This document shows positions 7,888 to 17,602 of a DNA stretch of 32,628 nucleotides, piece by piece. Each line of letters begins with the position of its first letter. Position 1 is the first letter of the stretch. The translations under genes and the position numbers were made by a program. Location of the stretch: the NCBI GenBank assembly GCA_050178385.1, contig JBFXGD010000022.1, positions 1 to 32,628 of the forward strand, given 5' to 3'. The stretch is from Calditrichaceae bacterium. Lineage in GTDB: Bacteria > Calditrichota > Calditrichia > Calditrichales > JBFXGD01. Under the pieces are notes generated by a model. That model was not told where the DNA came from and ran no database searches. It worked only from the letters and a program-made list of their open reading frames with translations.

Positions 7888-8910
7888 ATGGACAACCGTG
7901 GTACGAATCTGAAATCTAATTTGATAACCGTTACGATCGGTTTTTCACTGCTGCTGTCAATCGGTGTTGCCGGATACATGATGATAGAGGGCTGGGGTTG
8001 GCTTGACGCGCTATATATGACGATTATTTCATTCTCGACTGTCGGTTTTCAGGAAGTATCCAGTCTCGGGAAATTCGGCCGTATTTTCACCATGTTCATT
8101 ATAATGTTCGGCATGATATTTATAGCCATGCTCTCGGCGAGTGTTACAAGTTTGTTTGTCAGAAATGAGTTACTATCTGTCAGGAAAAAACAGAAAATGC
8201 AAAAATCCATTCAAAACTTAAAAGGTCACACCATTTTATGCGGCGCCGGCGATACCGGTTCGGCCATCGTTAAAGAGTATCAGGAATCCAAAAAACCGCT
8301 GGTGGTCATTGATGAAAAAACAGAAATTCTGGATCATCTTAAAGAGCAGTTTCCGGGGTTGCTGGTGATAGATGGTGATGCCACGAAGGATGAGGTGCTT
8401 TTAGAAGCCAATATCAAAAACGCCAGAGGACTGATTACCGCTCTTTCCCTGGACGCGGATAATTTGTTTGTGGTGATTTCCGCGAAAGCGCTGAATCCGG
8501 ATATGAAGATTATTTCGAGGGCAGTTGATCCGCACACGGAAAGCAAACTCTACAAATCGGGCGCGCATTATGTTATATCTCCAAATCTCGTGGAAGGTAT
8601 GCGGATGGCATCCGTGATGCTGCGTCCCACGGTAGTGAGTTTTCTGGATGTGATGATGCGGGGGGATGAATTCTCTTTCAGGCTTGAAGAAATAAATGTA
8701 CCAAAAGGAGCCAGTCTGCATGGCAAGGCGCTGATGGACGCGCGCATTCCGCAGCTCACCGGTCTGATAGTGATTGCGGTTAAAAAACAAGATAACTCAG
8801 GTATTATATTCAATCCCAGTTCATCCACTGTTCTCCACGAAAATGACACGCTGATCGTACTGGGCGATTATGAAAAAATTCAGAAGCTCGAAACTTTATT
8901 AAAAGCATAG
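7888..8910 (+). CDS. Potassium channel protein (2TM pore + TrkA-N/RCK + TrkA-C)
   Basis: Filter STVGFQE; CGAGDTG Rossmann motif; GDAT...LLEANI; C-terminal TrkA-C. Confidence 0.92.
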   Translation: MDNRGTNLKSNLITVTIGFSLLLSIGVAGYMMIEGWGWLDALYMTIISFSTVGFQEVSSLGKFGRIFTMFIIMFGMIFIAMLSASVTSLFVRNELLSVRKKQKMQKSIQNLKGHTILCGAGDTGSAIVKEYQESKKPLVVIDEKTEILDHLKEQFPGLLVIDGDATKDEVLLEANIKNARGLITALSLDADNLFVVISAKALNPDMKIISRAVDPHTESKLYKSGAHYVISPNLVEGMRMASVMLRPTVVSFLDVMMRGDEFSFRLEEINVPKGASLHGKALMDARIPQLTGLIVIAVKKQDNSGIIFNPSSSTVLHENDTLIVLGDYEKIQKLETLLKA

Positions 8911-9032
8911 CGTGAAATAACTGTTCTTACCCCGAAATATCCATTGTTTTAAAATAGTTTGCAGGTAATTCCCACAAGGATAAGTGATAATAAATTGAAT
9001 TATATCCATAAATTCAAAAGAACGGAGGCATC

Positions 9033-10637
9033 ATGATTTCACAACAGGAAATCAAAGGTCAGCATGATCTCAGCTACCTGAACATCAAAAATTTAAACAA
9101 TGCTTACTGGAATCTGACGACCCCCGCTCTCTACGAACAGATCATCCGGCGGCGTGAGGGGTTGCTTGCGCATCTCGGCCCGATGGTTGTCCGCACAGGC
9201 AGTATTACCGGACGTTCACCAAACGATAAGTTTATCGTAAAAGAATCTGTTTCCGGAGATAAAATCTGGTGGGGGAAGGTGAACACACCTTTTGAAGAAT
9301 CACAGTTTAAAAGTATCTGGCATCGTCTGTTGGCTTATCTTCAGGGTAATGATATTTTTATTCAGGATTGTTATGCCGGCGCGGATGATAATTTCAGGCT
9401 GCCCATTCGTGTGATTACCGAATACGCCTGGCATTCTCTTTTCGCCCGCAATATGTTTATCCGAATCCGGGATGAGAACGATTTAAGAAATCACCAGCCG
9501 GAATATACAATCATCGATTTACCAAAATTCCATGCCGTTCCGGAACTTGACGGCACAAACTCTGAAGCGTTTATCCTGATAAATTTTGCTCAGAAACTGG
9601 TATTGATTGGCGGAACAAGTTATGCGGGCGAAATCAAAAAATCCGTTTTCACCCTGTTGAATTATTTGCTCCCGCAGAAAGATGTTCTTCCCATGCATTG
9701 TAGCGCCAATGTGGACAGTAAAGGTGAATCCGCTATATTTTTTGGGTTGTCGGGCACCGGAAAGACCACGCTCTCCGCGGATAAAAATCGGCCATTGGTC
9801 GGAGACGATGAGCACGGCTGGAGCAAAGAGGGTATTTTCAACTTTGAAGGCGGATGTTACGCTAAGGTTATCCGTCTTTCTCCGGAAGCGGAGCCTGAAA
9901 TATTTGAAACGACCCGGAAGTTCGGCACCATTCTTGAAAATGTTCAAATCGATTCCTACTGGCGTATTCCTGACCTGGATGATCTTACCTTTACCGAAAA
10001 TACACGTGCGGCTTATCCGATCACGCATTTGAGCAATATTGTTGATGAAGGGAAGGCCGGTCACCCCAAAAACATTGTTTTGCTGACAGCCGACGCGTTT
10101 GGCGTTCTTCCGCCGCTATCGAAACTGACGCCGGAACAGACCATGTATCATTTTCTTCTGGGCTATACGGCAAAGGTTGCGGGAACCGAAAAAGGAGTTA
10201 CTGAGCCTCAGGCGACCTTCAGTACCTGTTTTGGAGCGCCGTTTATGCCCATGCATCCAAGTGTGTACGCGAAACTGCTGGGCGAGAAAATTCAGCAGCA
10301 TAACGCGCAGTGCTGGCTGGTGAATACCGGCTGGACCGGCGGGCCTTATGGAGTCGGACACCGTATGTCCATCAAATACACCAGAGCCCTGCTGAATGCG
10401 GCATTGGATGGGAAAATTAATAACGTTGAATATACTAAGGATCCGGTATTTGGACTGGCCGTACCGAACTCCTGTCCGGATGTGCCTTCTGAAATTTTGA
10501 TGCCAAAAAACACCTGGTCAGATAAGGCGGCTTATGACAAAAAAGCGGCTGATCTGGCGAAGCGGTTTAAAGATAACTTTAAACAGTATGAAGAATTTGT
10601 ATCAAAGGATGTGGCCAACGCCGGACCGCTTGTTTAA
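9033..10637 (+). CDS. pckA: Phosphoenolpyruvate carboxykinase (ATP)
   Basis: GRSPNDKF, YAGEIKK, GLSGTGKTTLS, GDDEHGW, NFEGGCYAK. Confidence 0.97.
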   Translation: MISQQEIKGQHDLSYLNIKNLNNAYWNLTTPALYEQIIRRREGLLAHLGPMVVRTGSITGRSPNDKFIVKESVSGDKIWWGKVNTPFEESQFKSIWHRLLAYLQGNDIFIQDCYAGADDNFRLPIRVITEYAWHSLFARNMFIRIRDENDLRNHQPEYTIIDLPKFHAVPELDGTNSEAFILINFAQKLVLIGGTSYAGEIKKSVFTLLNYLLPQKDVLPMHCSANVDSKGESAIFFGLSGTGKTTLSADKNRPLVGDDEHGWSKEGIFNFEGGCYAKVIRLSPEAEPEIFETTRKFGTILENVQIDSYWRIPDLDDLTFTENTRAAYPITHLSNIVDEGKAGHPKNIVLLTADAFGVLPPLSKLTPEQTMYHFLLGYTAKVAGTEKGVTEPQATFSTCFGAPFMPMHPSVYAKLLGEKIQQHNAQCWLVNTGWTGGPYGVGHRMSIKYTRALLNAALDGKINNVEYTKDPVFGLAVPNSCPDVPSEILMPKNTWSDKAAYDKKAADLAKRFKDNFKQYEEFVSKDVANAGPLV

Positions 10638-10655
10638 ACAGAATAGCAGTAAAAG

Positions 10656-10684
10656 AAAAGGCCGGTTTATGCCGGCCTTTTTTA
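10656..10684. terminator. Bidirectional intrinsic terminator
   Basis: AAAAGGCCGG-TTTATG-CCGGCCTTTTTT between convergent genes. Confidence 0.85.
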
Positions 10685-10688
10685 TTGA

Positions 10689-11321
10689 TCATGAATGTAT
10701 GACGCGTCTGTACCAGCCCGGGCCCTTTTTTTCGTAGGATTTAAATCCAATTTTCATCAGATAGTTAATATGCGACTGAACCTCAGTCTGTATGATAAAG
10801 CATTTATGATTTTGATCCTGGAAAACAGAATGCTCTTTATAGAAAAGGTAGTGCGCATTCTTTGAATCCCTGTAGTCAAGGATCACATAGTCAATTTTGA
10901 TTTCGAGCTCATTATTTTTTCCCTTCTCACAGATAAACAGACCCACGGGCAGCATATTCCGCAGAATGAACACAACAATCGGATTTTTAAGCTCGTTAAG
11001 CTCAAATTTCGGAAAAAATGTACTGATATCATTCTCATGAAATTTCAAAAATCTCAGTAAAAAGGGACTTTGAAGCGTATCAATCTGAAATAATTCAAAA
11101 TAATCTGCGCTTTTGCTCATTTGAATCAAGTAGTACACATCCACCAGCGTAATAAATCCGTTCAGCACAAAAACGGGGTAGGCGTTTACCAGTAAACCAT
11201 AGGTAGCGAAGGTAGCCGCGCCGATCAGGTTGATCCAGCGCAGACGTACAATCGAACTCATCATTAATGAAACGGCCACCAGAACCGATCCGGTATAGCC
11301 GACAATCTCAATCCAATTCAT
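10689..11321 (-). CDS. Membrane protein, YgjV-like N-terminal TM domain with soluble C-terminal domain
   Basis: GYTGSVLVAVSLMMSSIVRLRWINLIGA...YG...AYPV...N pattern; GGGAGA RBS. Confidence 0.75.
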   Translation of the reverse strand: MNWIEIVGYTGSVLVAVSLMMSSIVRLRWINLIGAATFATYGLLVNAYPVFVLNGFITLVDVYYLIQMSKSADYFELFQIDTLQSPFLLRFLKFHENDISTFFPKFELNELKNPIVVFILRNMLPVGLFICEKGKNNELEIKIDYVILDYRDSKNAHYLFYKEHSVFQDQNHKCFIIQTEVQSHINYLMKIGFKSYEKKGPGWYRRVIHS

Positions 11322-11375
11322 TTATATTCGTTTTCTCCCGATAGGGGAATGTATTGTTCCCGTATGCAAATTTAA

Positions 11376-12455
11376 TTAAACATTAAAACGGATATTCAGA
11401 ATATCTCCGTCCTTCACAAGGTATTCCTTGCCTTCAAGCCTCAGTAGTCCTTTATCCTTGCAGGCATTCAAACTTCCCTGGGCGATCAGCTCATCATAAT
11501 GCACTGTTTCAGCCCTTATAAAGCCTTTTTCCAGATCAGAATGAATCACTCCTGCTGCCTGTTGAGCCTTTGTTCCCTTTCTGATAGTCCATGCGCGGCA
11601 TTCGTCCTCACCTACCGTAAAAAACGAAATGAGCCCGAGCAATTCATAGGAGGTGCGGATCAGTTTTGATAAGGCGGGTTCCTTGATGCCCAAATCATCC
11701 ATGAACACTGCCGCGTCTTCTTCGCTGAGTTCGGAGATCTCCTTTTCAATCTCAGCGCTGAGAGAAGTCACCGCGCAGTTGGGAGTCATATATTTTTGAA
11801 GACGCTGTTCAATTTCCGCTGATTTCGAGATATTTTCCTCGGCGATATTGATGACATAAAGCAGGGATTTGGCTGTCAGAAACTGATAACCCTTGAGCAC
11901 CTTTTTCTCGTCTTCACTGAGCTCCATTTCCCGAATGGGTTTTTCAAGTTCCAGCTGTTCTTTCAGACGGTTCATAAGCGCCAGTTCACGGATATCTTTA
12001 TCATTCTTGATTTTCATGACCATCTTTTCCAGTTTTTCCACGCGGGATTCTACGATAAGCAAGTCGCTCAGAAGGAATTCCCCGTGAATAAACTCAATAT
12101 CGCGTTCCGGCGACACGCTGTCAAAAGGATGCGGATAAAACTCATTTTCAAAATCCCGGACCATCACCAGGATAGCCTCGACGGTTTTTAGATTGGCAAT
12201 GAACTGGGCGGGTAATCCCTGGGGTTTATCACCGTCGCTTTCAAGACCGGGCACTTTTATATAATCAATAACGGAATTGACTTTTTTCTTCGGATTGAAC
12301 ATTCCGGTCAGTTTGTCAAGACGCGGGTCGGGGACTTTTACAACACCCCGTTCTGTGCTTTGTTTCGCTCCGGGATCGGCAGACTTATGTTTTAGCAAGG
12401 TCGAAAAGAGCGTTGTTTTTCCGGAATAGGGCAATCCTACGATACCGATTTCCAT
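11376..12455 (-). CDS. ychF: YchF/Ola1-family Obg-like NTPase (divergent)
   Basis: GIVGLPYSGKTTLF, VPDPRLD, LISFFTVGEDECRAW, AAGVIHSDLEKGFIRAE, LRLEGKEY.VKDGD; GAGGAG RBS. Confidence 0.9.
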   Translation of the reverse strand: MEIGIVGLPYSGKTTLFSTLLKHKSADPGAKQSTERGVVKVPDPRLDKLTGMFNPKKKVNSVIDYIKVPGLESDGDKPQGLPAQFIANLKTVEAILVMVRDFENEFYPHPFDSVSPERDIEFIHGEFLLSDLLIVESRVEKLEKMVMKIKNDKDIRELALMNRLKEQLELEKPIREMELSEDEKKVLKGYQFLTAKSLLYVINIAEENISKSAEIEQRLQKYMTPNCAVTSLSAEIEKEISELSEEDAAVFMDDLGIKEPALSKLIRTSYELLGLISFFTVGEDECRAWTIRKGTKAQQAAGVIHSDLEKGFIRAETVHYDELIAQGSLNACKDKGLLRLEGKEYLVKDGDILNIRFNV

Positions 12456-12619
12456 TTTATCTCCTCAAAGTTTATCTTTTAAAATGACGCGCAAATTTAA
12501 ACAAAATTGACGGTATTGCCAAAAAATCATTCATTAAATGCCATAATGTCCTGAAAAAGGAATAATTTGGATTTCAGATTCGTCAAAGCTAAATTTAACC
12601 GCAAAATTAAAGGAATGCT

Positions 12620-12991
12620 ATGAAACTTATAGTTATTGGGTTCGGCGGATTTATTGGAGCGGTTTTGCGGTACGAATTATCCGGCTGGACTTATCGTTTT
12701 TTGGGCAGCCGCCTTCCATACGGGACACTGGCGGTTAATGTGATCGGCAGCTTCATTCTGGGATTTTTTCTTATCCTTGCCGAGGGCCGTTTTGCGGTCT
12801 CTCCGCAGACCAGGAATTTTGTCGCGGTGGGCATTTTGGGCGCGTTTACCACTTTTTCAACATTTTCCTTTGAAACTATGGCGCTTTTGCAGCAGAGTTT
12901 ATTTAAACAGGCTTTACTCAACATTCTTTTAAATGTAATATTAGGATTGACGGCTGTGTGGATTGGAATGGTTTCCGCAAAATTAGTTTAA
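12620..12991 (+). CDS. crcB: Fluoride efflux channel Fluc/CrcB
   Basis: GGFIGAVLRY, PYGTLAVNVIGSF, GILGAFTTFSTF. Confidence 0.95.
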   Translation: MKLIVIGFGGFIGAVLRYELSGWTYRFLGSRLPYGTLAVNVIGSFILGFFLILAEGRFAVSPQTRNFVAVGILGAFTTFSTFSFETMALLQQSLFKQALLNILLNVILGLTAVWIGMVSAKLV

Positions 12992-13010
12992 ATAAATGTA
13001 AGGGGCTGAA

Positions 13011-13355
13011 ATGAAAATCGAAGGTTTGGGAAAATTGCTTCGAATTTACATCGGTGAGCAGGATAAGCTGCACAATCAGTCACTTTATGAAGCCATAGTT
13101 TACAAAGCGCGGGAGATGGGGATGGCCGGAGCAACAGTTATCCGCGCCATCGAGGGTTTCGGCGCCGCCAGCAGGACGATTCATACGGCGAAATTGTTGC
13201 GGTTGTCGGAAGACCTGCCCATTCTGATCGAGATTGTTGATACGGAAGAACGAATCCGAAAAGCGGTTTCGGAATTTGAAAAAATGATCGATGAGAGTGG
13301 GGCAGGAGTCCTTATGACCATGGAGCAGGTCGATATTTTGCGGTACAATCAATAA
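13011..13355 (+). CDS. DUF190 (PII-like) protein
   Basis: LLRIYIGE.D, GMAGATV.RAIEGFG, LSEDLP..IEIVD; typical crcB neighbour. Confidence 0.9.
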   Translation: MKIEGLGKLLRIYIGEQDKLHNQSLYEAIVYKAREMGMAGATVIRAIEGFGAASRTIHTAKLLRLSEDLPILIEIVDTEERIRKAVSEFEKMIDESGAGVLMTMEQVDILRYNQ

Positions 13356-13388
13356 TAACAGATCTGAAAAACAGAAAGAACGGTATTA

Positions 13389-14141
13389 ATGAAAATTGAA
13401 AAAGAAAAACTGAATATATTTGGCAGGCAGCCGGTACTGGAAGCGCTGCGTTCAGGTCATAAAGTGGAAGAAATATGGCTTGCTGACGGTCTGGATGGCA
13501 AGTGGATCGCTTTCCTGGAAAGAGCGGCCGGACAGAAAAATGTATCAATAAAATCAGTTTCTAAAAATGATATCCAAAAATTAGTCGGACCCGTCGTTCA
13601 TCAGGGCGTGGCGGCGGTAGTTGACGGATTTGCCTTCATGAACGAATCCGGGGTGTTTAAGTATCTGGAGACGATTCCGAATCCTTTTATTCTCCTGCTG
13701 GATCAGGTTCAGGATCCGCACAATCTGGGAGCCATCATGAGAACGGCGGAAGTGGCCGGGGTAAATTTAATCATTATTCCTGAAAAAGGTTCACCGGACC
13801 TCAATGCCACGATCGCGAAAACATCAGCCGGAGCCATGTTTCACATCCCTGTCTGCAAAGCGCCGACAGTTGAGAAAATTCTGGAAGATCTTACAAAATC
13901 CGGGATCGTATCCGTGGCGGCCATAGCCCATTCCGAAAAGAATCTGTATGAGGTGAATTTTACCGGTGGTACGGTTATTGTCATTGGCAGTGAAGGCCGG
14001 GGCGTCCGTAAAAATATCGCCGGGTTATGTTCTGAGCAGATCGCCATCCCTCAATACGGTAAAATCAATTCATTAAACGCCTCCGTAGCCTCCGCGGTGA
14101 TAATGTATGAAGTGGTGAGACAGCGTCATCACAAGCCGTAA
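13389..14141 (+). CDS. rlmB: 23S rRNA (Gm2251) 2'-O-methyltransferase, SpoU/TrmH family
   Basis: HQGV, LDQVQDPHNLGAIMRTA, IGSEGRG, SLNASVA. Confidence 0.92.
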   Translation: MKIEKEKLNIFGRQPVLEALRSGHKVEEIWLADGLDGKWIAFLERAAGQKNVSIKSVSKNDIQKLVGPVVHQGVAAVVDGFAFMNESGVFKYLETIPNPFILLLDQVQDPHNLGAIMRTAEVAGVNLIIIPEKGSPDLNATIAKTSAGAMFHIPVCKAPTVEKILEDLTKSGIVSVAAIAHSEKNLYEVNFTGGTVIVIGSEGRGVRKNIAGLCSEQIAIPQYGKINSLNASVASAVIMYEVVRQRHHKP

Positions 14142-14299
14142 TCATTCTTTAAACGAGGTGAGAACAATTTAATCTGATCGAAGTATAAGAAAGAATTCGT
14201 GCCGATCAGGTTTGTACTTTTAAATTACTCTTCAAATCAGTACGGCCGGTCAGATTAATTCTATCAATACAGACAAATTACCGGAAGGATCATTTTACG

Positions 14300-15850
14300 A
14301 TGAAGAAAATTCTCTGGGCCGATGATGAAATAGATATGCTGCAGGCACACGTCATTTTTTTGCGTGAGAAGGGTTATGACGTGATGACGGTGACCAATGG
14401 CGATGACGCGATCTATCAGGTGCGGCATTACAATTACGATCTTGTACTGCTGGACGAAATGATGATGGGCAAAGACGGATTGACGACATTAAATGAGATA
14501 AAGGATTACTCGCCCCATCTCCCCGTTATTATGATCACCAAGAGCGAAGAAGAAAGTCTCATGGAAGACGCGATCGGCAAACGCATAGATGATTATCTCA
14601 CAAAACCCGTAAATCCCAGTCAGATTTTGATGGCCTGTAAAAAAATCCTTGAAAAAAAGGATATCATGAATGAAAAGATGAGTCAGCAATATGCAATCGA
14701 TGTATCACAGCTTTCCATGTCGCTGATGAAAAATATGGACGCGAAGGACTGGATTGATCAGGCTCTGAAGATTTTTCGAATGGATCTGAATCTTGATTCA
14801 TCATCCGGCCAGGCGTTCCGGCAGGTGCTGTATGATCAGAGAAAAGAGAGTAATGTTGAATTCGGAAAATATGTGGAAAGAAACTATGAAGGGTGGCTCA
14901 GGAATAGCGACAACCGTCCGGATTTATCAGTTGATTTAATAAAAAAATATATCATTCCCAATCTTAAAAAAAACAAGAAAGTAGTCTTCATTGTAATTGA
15001 CTGCATGCGTCTTGATCAATGGCTTACGCTCGAACCGTTTTTTTATGATTTGTTTAAAATCGAGAAGGAATATTATTATTCAATTCTGCCGACGGCGACA
15101 CCGTTCTCCCGAAATGCTTTGTTCAGCGGACTTTTCCCGGAAGAGATTGAGAAAATGTATCCTCAGCTTTGGTCCATGAACGAGGATGATGAAAGTCTGA
15201 ATCGGTATGAAAAGGAACTGCTTGATCTTCAGCTCAAACGGAGTGGAGTCAATATCGGAAATGATCTGAAGTATGTAAAGGTAATGAATACCGAAGACAT
15301 GAAAAATCTCGAAAAAGATATGCATAATTATCTTGAAGCATCAATGCTGGCCATTGTAGTAAATTTTGTGGATATTCTCGCGCACAGCCGGTCCGATTTG
15401 CCGATTCTAAAGGATATCGCGCCCGATGAAGCCGCGTACCGCTCTCTCACCCGCTCCTGGTTTGAGCATTCGCCGATGATGGGCATCCTGAAAAAAATAG
15501 CGCAGACAGACGCGACAGTTTTCTTGACGTCCGACCATGGCAGCGTCCGCGGGCTTCATGCGACAAAAGTAATAGGCGACCGTGATACTTCCACTAATCT
15601 GCGATACAAGTATGGCCGGAGCCTAAAAGTGGATAAGAAACATGCCGTAATTATTCCCCGCCCGTCTGACTGGAAGCTGCCGAAACGCGGGATCAATACT
15701 CAGTATATCATCGCAAAGGAAGATTACTATTTTGTCTACCCCACCAACTATAACAAATATCTGAATCACTATAAAGATAGCTTCCAACATGGCGGTATTT
15801 CCATAGAGGAAATGATTCTTCCGATTGTAAAGCTTGAGGGTAAACAATAG
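14300..15850 (+). CDS. porX: PorX-like response regulator (receiver + PglZ alkaline-phosphatase domain)
   Basis: Receiver motifs ILWADDE, LLDEMM, MITKSEE, YLTKP; PglZ motifs IDCMRLDQW, LPTATPFSRN, TSDHG, FQHGGIS.EE. Confidence 0.85.
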   Translation: MKKILWADDEIDMLQAHVIFLREKGYDVMTVTNGDDAIYQVRHYNYDLVLLDEMMMGKDGLTTLNEIKDYSPHLPVIMITKSEEESLMEDAIGKRIDDYLTKPVNPSQILMACKKILEKKDIMNEKMSQQYAIDVSQLSMSLMKNMDAKDWIDQALKIFRMDLNLDSSSGQAFRQVLYDQRKESNVEFGKYVERNYEGWLRNSDNRPDLSVDLIKKYIIPNLKKNKKVVFIVIDCMRLDQWLTLEPFFYDLFKIEKEYYYSILPTATPFSRNALFSGLFPEEIEKMYPQLWSMNEDDESLNRYEKELLDLQLKRSGVNIGNDLKYVKVMNTEDMKNLEKDMHNYLEASMLAIVVNFVDILAHSRSDLPILKDIAPDEAAYRSLTRSWFEHSPMMGILKKIAQTDATVFLTSDHGSVRGLHATKVIGDRDTSTNLRYKYGRSLKVDKKHAVIIPRPSDWKLPKRGINTQYIIAKEDYYFVYPTNYNKYLNHYKDSFQHGGISIEEMILPIVKLEGKQ

Positions 15851-15990
15851 CGGTGTAAATACAATCCACCGGCGGAGCGGGATAGGACTTCTTTTTTGAG
15901 AATGAATATTCCCTCCCGGCTTGTTTTAACCCGGTTTTTCCATTAATTTCCTGTCTCAATATTAATAAAAAGGATAAGATCCATTCGGAT

Positions 15991-16410
15991 ATGAGGGATA
16001 TTAATACATATTCATCGGAAACAATTGAAGAGTCAAGAGCGGTCGCGCGGGAACTGGCGGGGATATTAAAGCCGGCGGATATTGTGCTTTTGGAAGGAAA
16101 TCTGGGGAGCGGAAAAACTTTTCTGGTAAAAGAAATCTGTAAATTATGGGGAACAGACGAGGAAGCGACCAGCCCGTCATTCGCGATTATTCAAATTTAC
16201 TCCGGAGCGATCTCGGTAAATCATTTTGATTTTTACCGAATTGAGCATATATCTGAACTGGACAATCTCGGATGGGAAGAATTGTTAAATACAGACGCGG
16301 TTTCATTTATTGAATGGCCGCAAATGATTGAGAACCAACTGGATGATTATTACAAAATAACCATCGAACTGAGTGGAGAGCACAGGGTGTTTAAGCTCAG
16401 TCATTCATAA
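15991..16410 (+). CDS. tsaE: t6A biosynthesis ATPase TsaE
   Basis: LEGNLGSGKT, TSPSF, HFDFYRI, IEWP. Confidence 0.93.
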   Translation: MRDINTYSSETIEESRAVARELAGILKPADIVLLEGNLGSGKTFLVKEICKLWGTDEEATSPSFAIIQIYSGAISVNHFDFYRIEHISELDNLGWEELLNTDAVSFIEWPQMIENQLDDYYKITIELSGEHRVFKLSHS

Positions 16411-16462
16411 ATATAAAATCGGGATACGATTTTTACCTTTGAAATAAAAGAAAATGAGATAA

Positions 16463-17149
16463 ATGATTTTAGCTATCGAGACATCAGATATTTTATGCAG
16501 CGTCGCTTTCCGGGATGATGGCAAAATTCTGGCGGAATACAGCCATGAACTTCCTATGCAGCACGCCACACTGGTTGGCTATCTGGTGGATAATGGACTG
16601 CAATTTCTGGGCAGTAAGCTGCGGGCCCATAAATATTCAATCGACGATATTAGCGCTGTTGTTGTGGCGATCGGCCCGGGTTCCTTTACGGGTTTACGGA
16701 TCGGTTTGAGTTACGCGCAGGGATTTTGTTTTGGGAATGAGATCCCGATCGTCGGCGTTTCCAATCATCAGGTGCTGGCGGTACAAAGAGTACCTTCGAA
16801 GCGCCCTGTTTTTACGCTAATCGAGGCGCGCCGCGAAGAGGTTTATCTGGCAGAGCATGAATTTTTGGAACATATGTATCCGGAAATCAAGAAACATCAA
16901 ATTGTAAAAAAAACCGATCTGAACGCGGTCATTCCCACCGGGGCGCAAGTGATATGCAATAGAACCCTTAAGTTGGATCAGGCAATTATTGACCAGGCGG
17001 AAAAGCGAAAAATTGACGTGATAACCCACGGCAGTTATTCGGCTTCCATATTAGCGGAACTTGGCTTGCATAAGTTCGGATTAAAAGGCAGTGACAGCCT
17101 TTCAGAGCTTGAACCAATGTATATCAGACCTTTTGCCGGTGTAAAATGA
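16463..17149 (+). CDS. tsaB: t6A biosynthesis protein TsaB
   Basis: ILAIETS, GPGSFTGLRIG, EARREEVY, LEPMYIR. Confidence 0.93.
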   Translation: MILAIETSDILCSVAFRDDGKILAEYSHELPMQHATLVGYLVDNGLQFLGSKLRAHKYSIDDISAVVVAIGPGSFTGLRIGLSYAQGFCFGNEIPIVGVSNHQVLAVQRVPSKRPVFTLIEARREEVYLAEHEFLEHMYPEIKKHQIVKKTDLNAVIPTGAQVICNRTLKLDQAIIDQAEKRKIDVITHGSYSASILAELGLHKFGLKGSDSLSELEPMYIRPFAGVK

Positions 17150-17601
17150 AAATTGCTTTTCGCAGAATGGAACCGGGCGATGCGGACCGGGTTCATGAAC
17201 TGGAAGTACAAATATTTAAAGACGCATGGAGCCGGGAAAGTTTTATTAAAGATATCAACAATACGGATATTTCATACCCCTTTGTTGTTTTGGCTGATTC
17301 GAAAATCGCGGGATATGCGGTGATCTGGTATTATGCGGATGAGCTTCATATCGGGAATATAGCCATCGCGCCCGAATATCAGCGGAAGGGACTTGGAAGC
17401 CGCTTGTTAGAATATGTTTTGGGTAATTTTGATTATTACATCGCGGCGTATCTCGAAGTCAGAAAATCAAACATTGCCGCGATTAATTTATACCGGAATT
17501 TTGGATTTTCTGAATATTATACACGGCCGTCATATTACCGTGATGGCGAAGATGCTCTTGTCATGGTGAAACAGAATATCACACAAACAGTGAAGGAGTG
17601 A
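17146..17601 (+). CDS. rimI: Ribosomal-protein-alanine N-acetyltransferase
   Basis: QRKGLG, LEVRKSN..AINLY, R..YY..GEDALVM; ATGA overlap with tsaB. Confidence 0.92.
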   Translation: MKIAFRRMEPGDADRVHELEVQIFKDAWSRESFIKDINNTDISYPFVVLADSKIAGYAVIWYYADELHIGNIAIAPEYQRKGLGSRLLEYVLGNFDYYIAAYLEVRKSNIAAINLYRNFGFSEYYTRPSYYRDGEDALVMVKQNITQTVKE

Positions 17602-17602
17602 T

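Noticed and set aside
12456..12619. Fluoride riboswitch upstream of crcB
   Set aside because: No GGxGATGG...GCTxATGAxxCCT-type consensus is visible.
14300..15850. BREX defence system suggested by the PglZ domain
   Set aside because: The PglZ domain is fused to a receiver domain, and no brxA/B/C, pglX or brxL genes are nearby.
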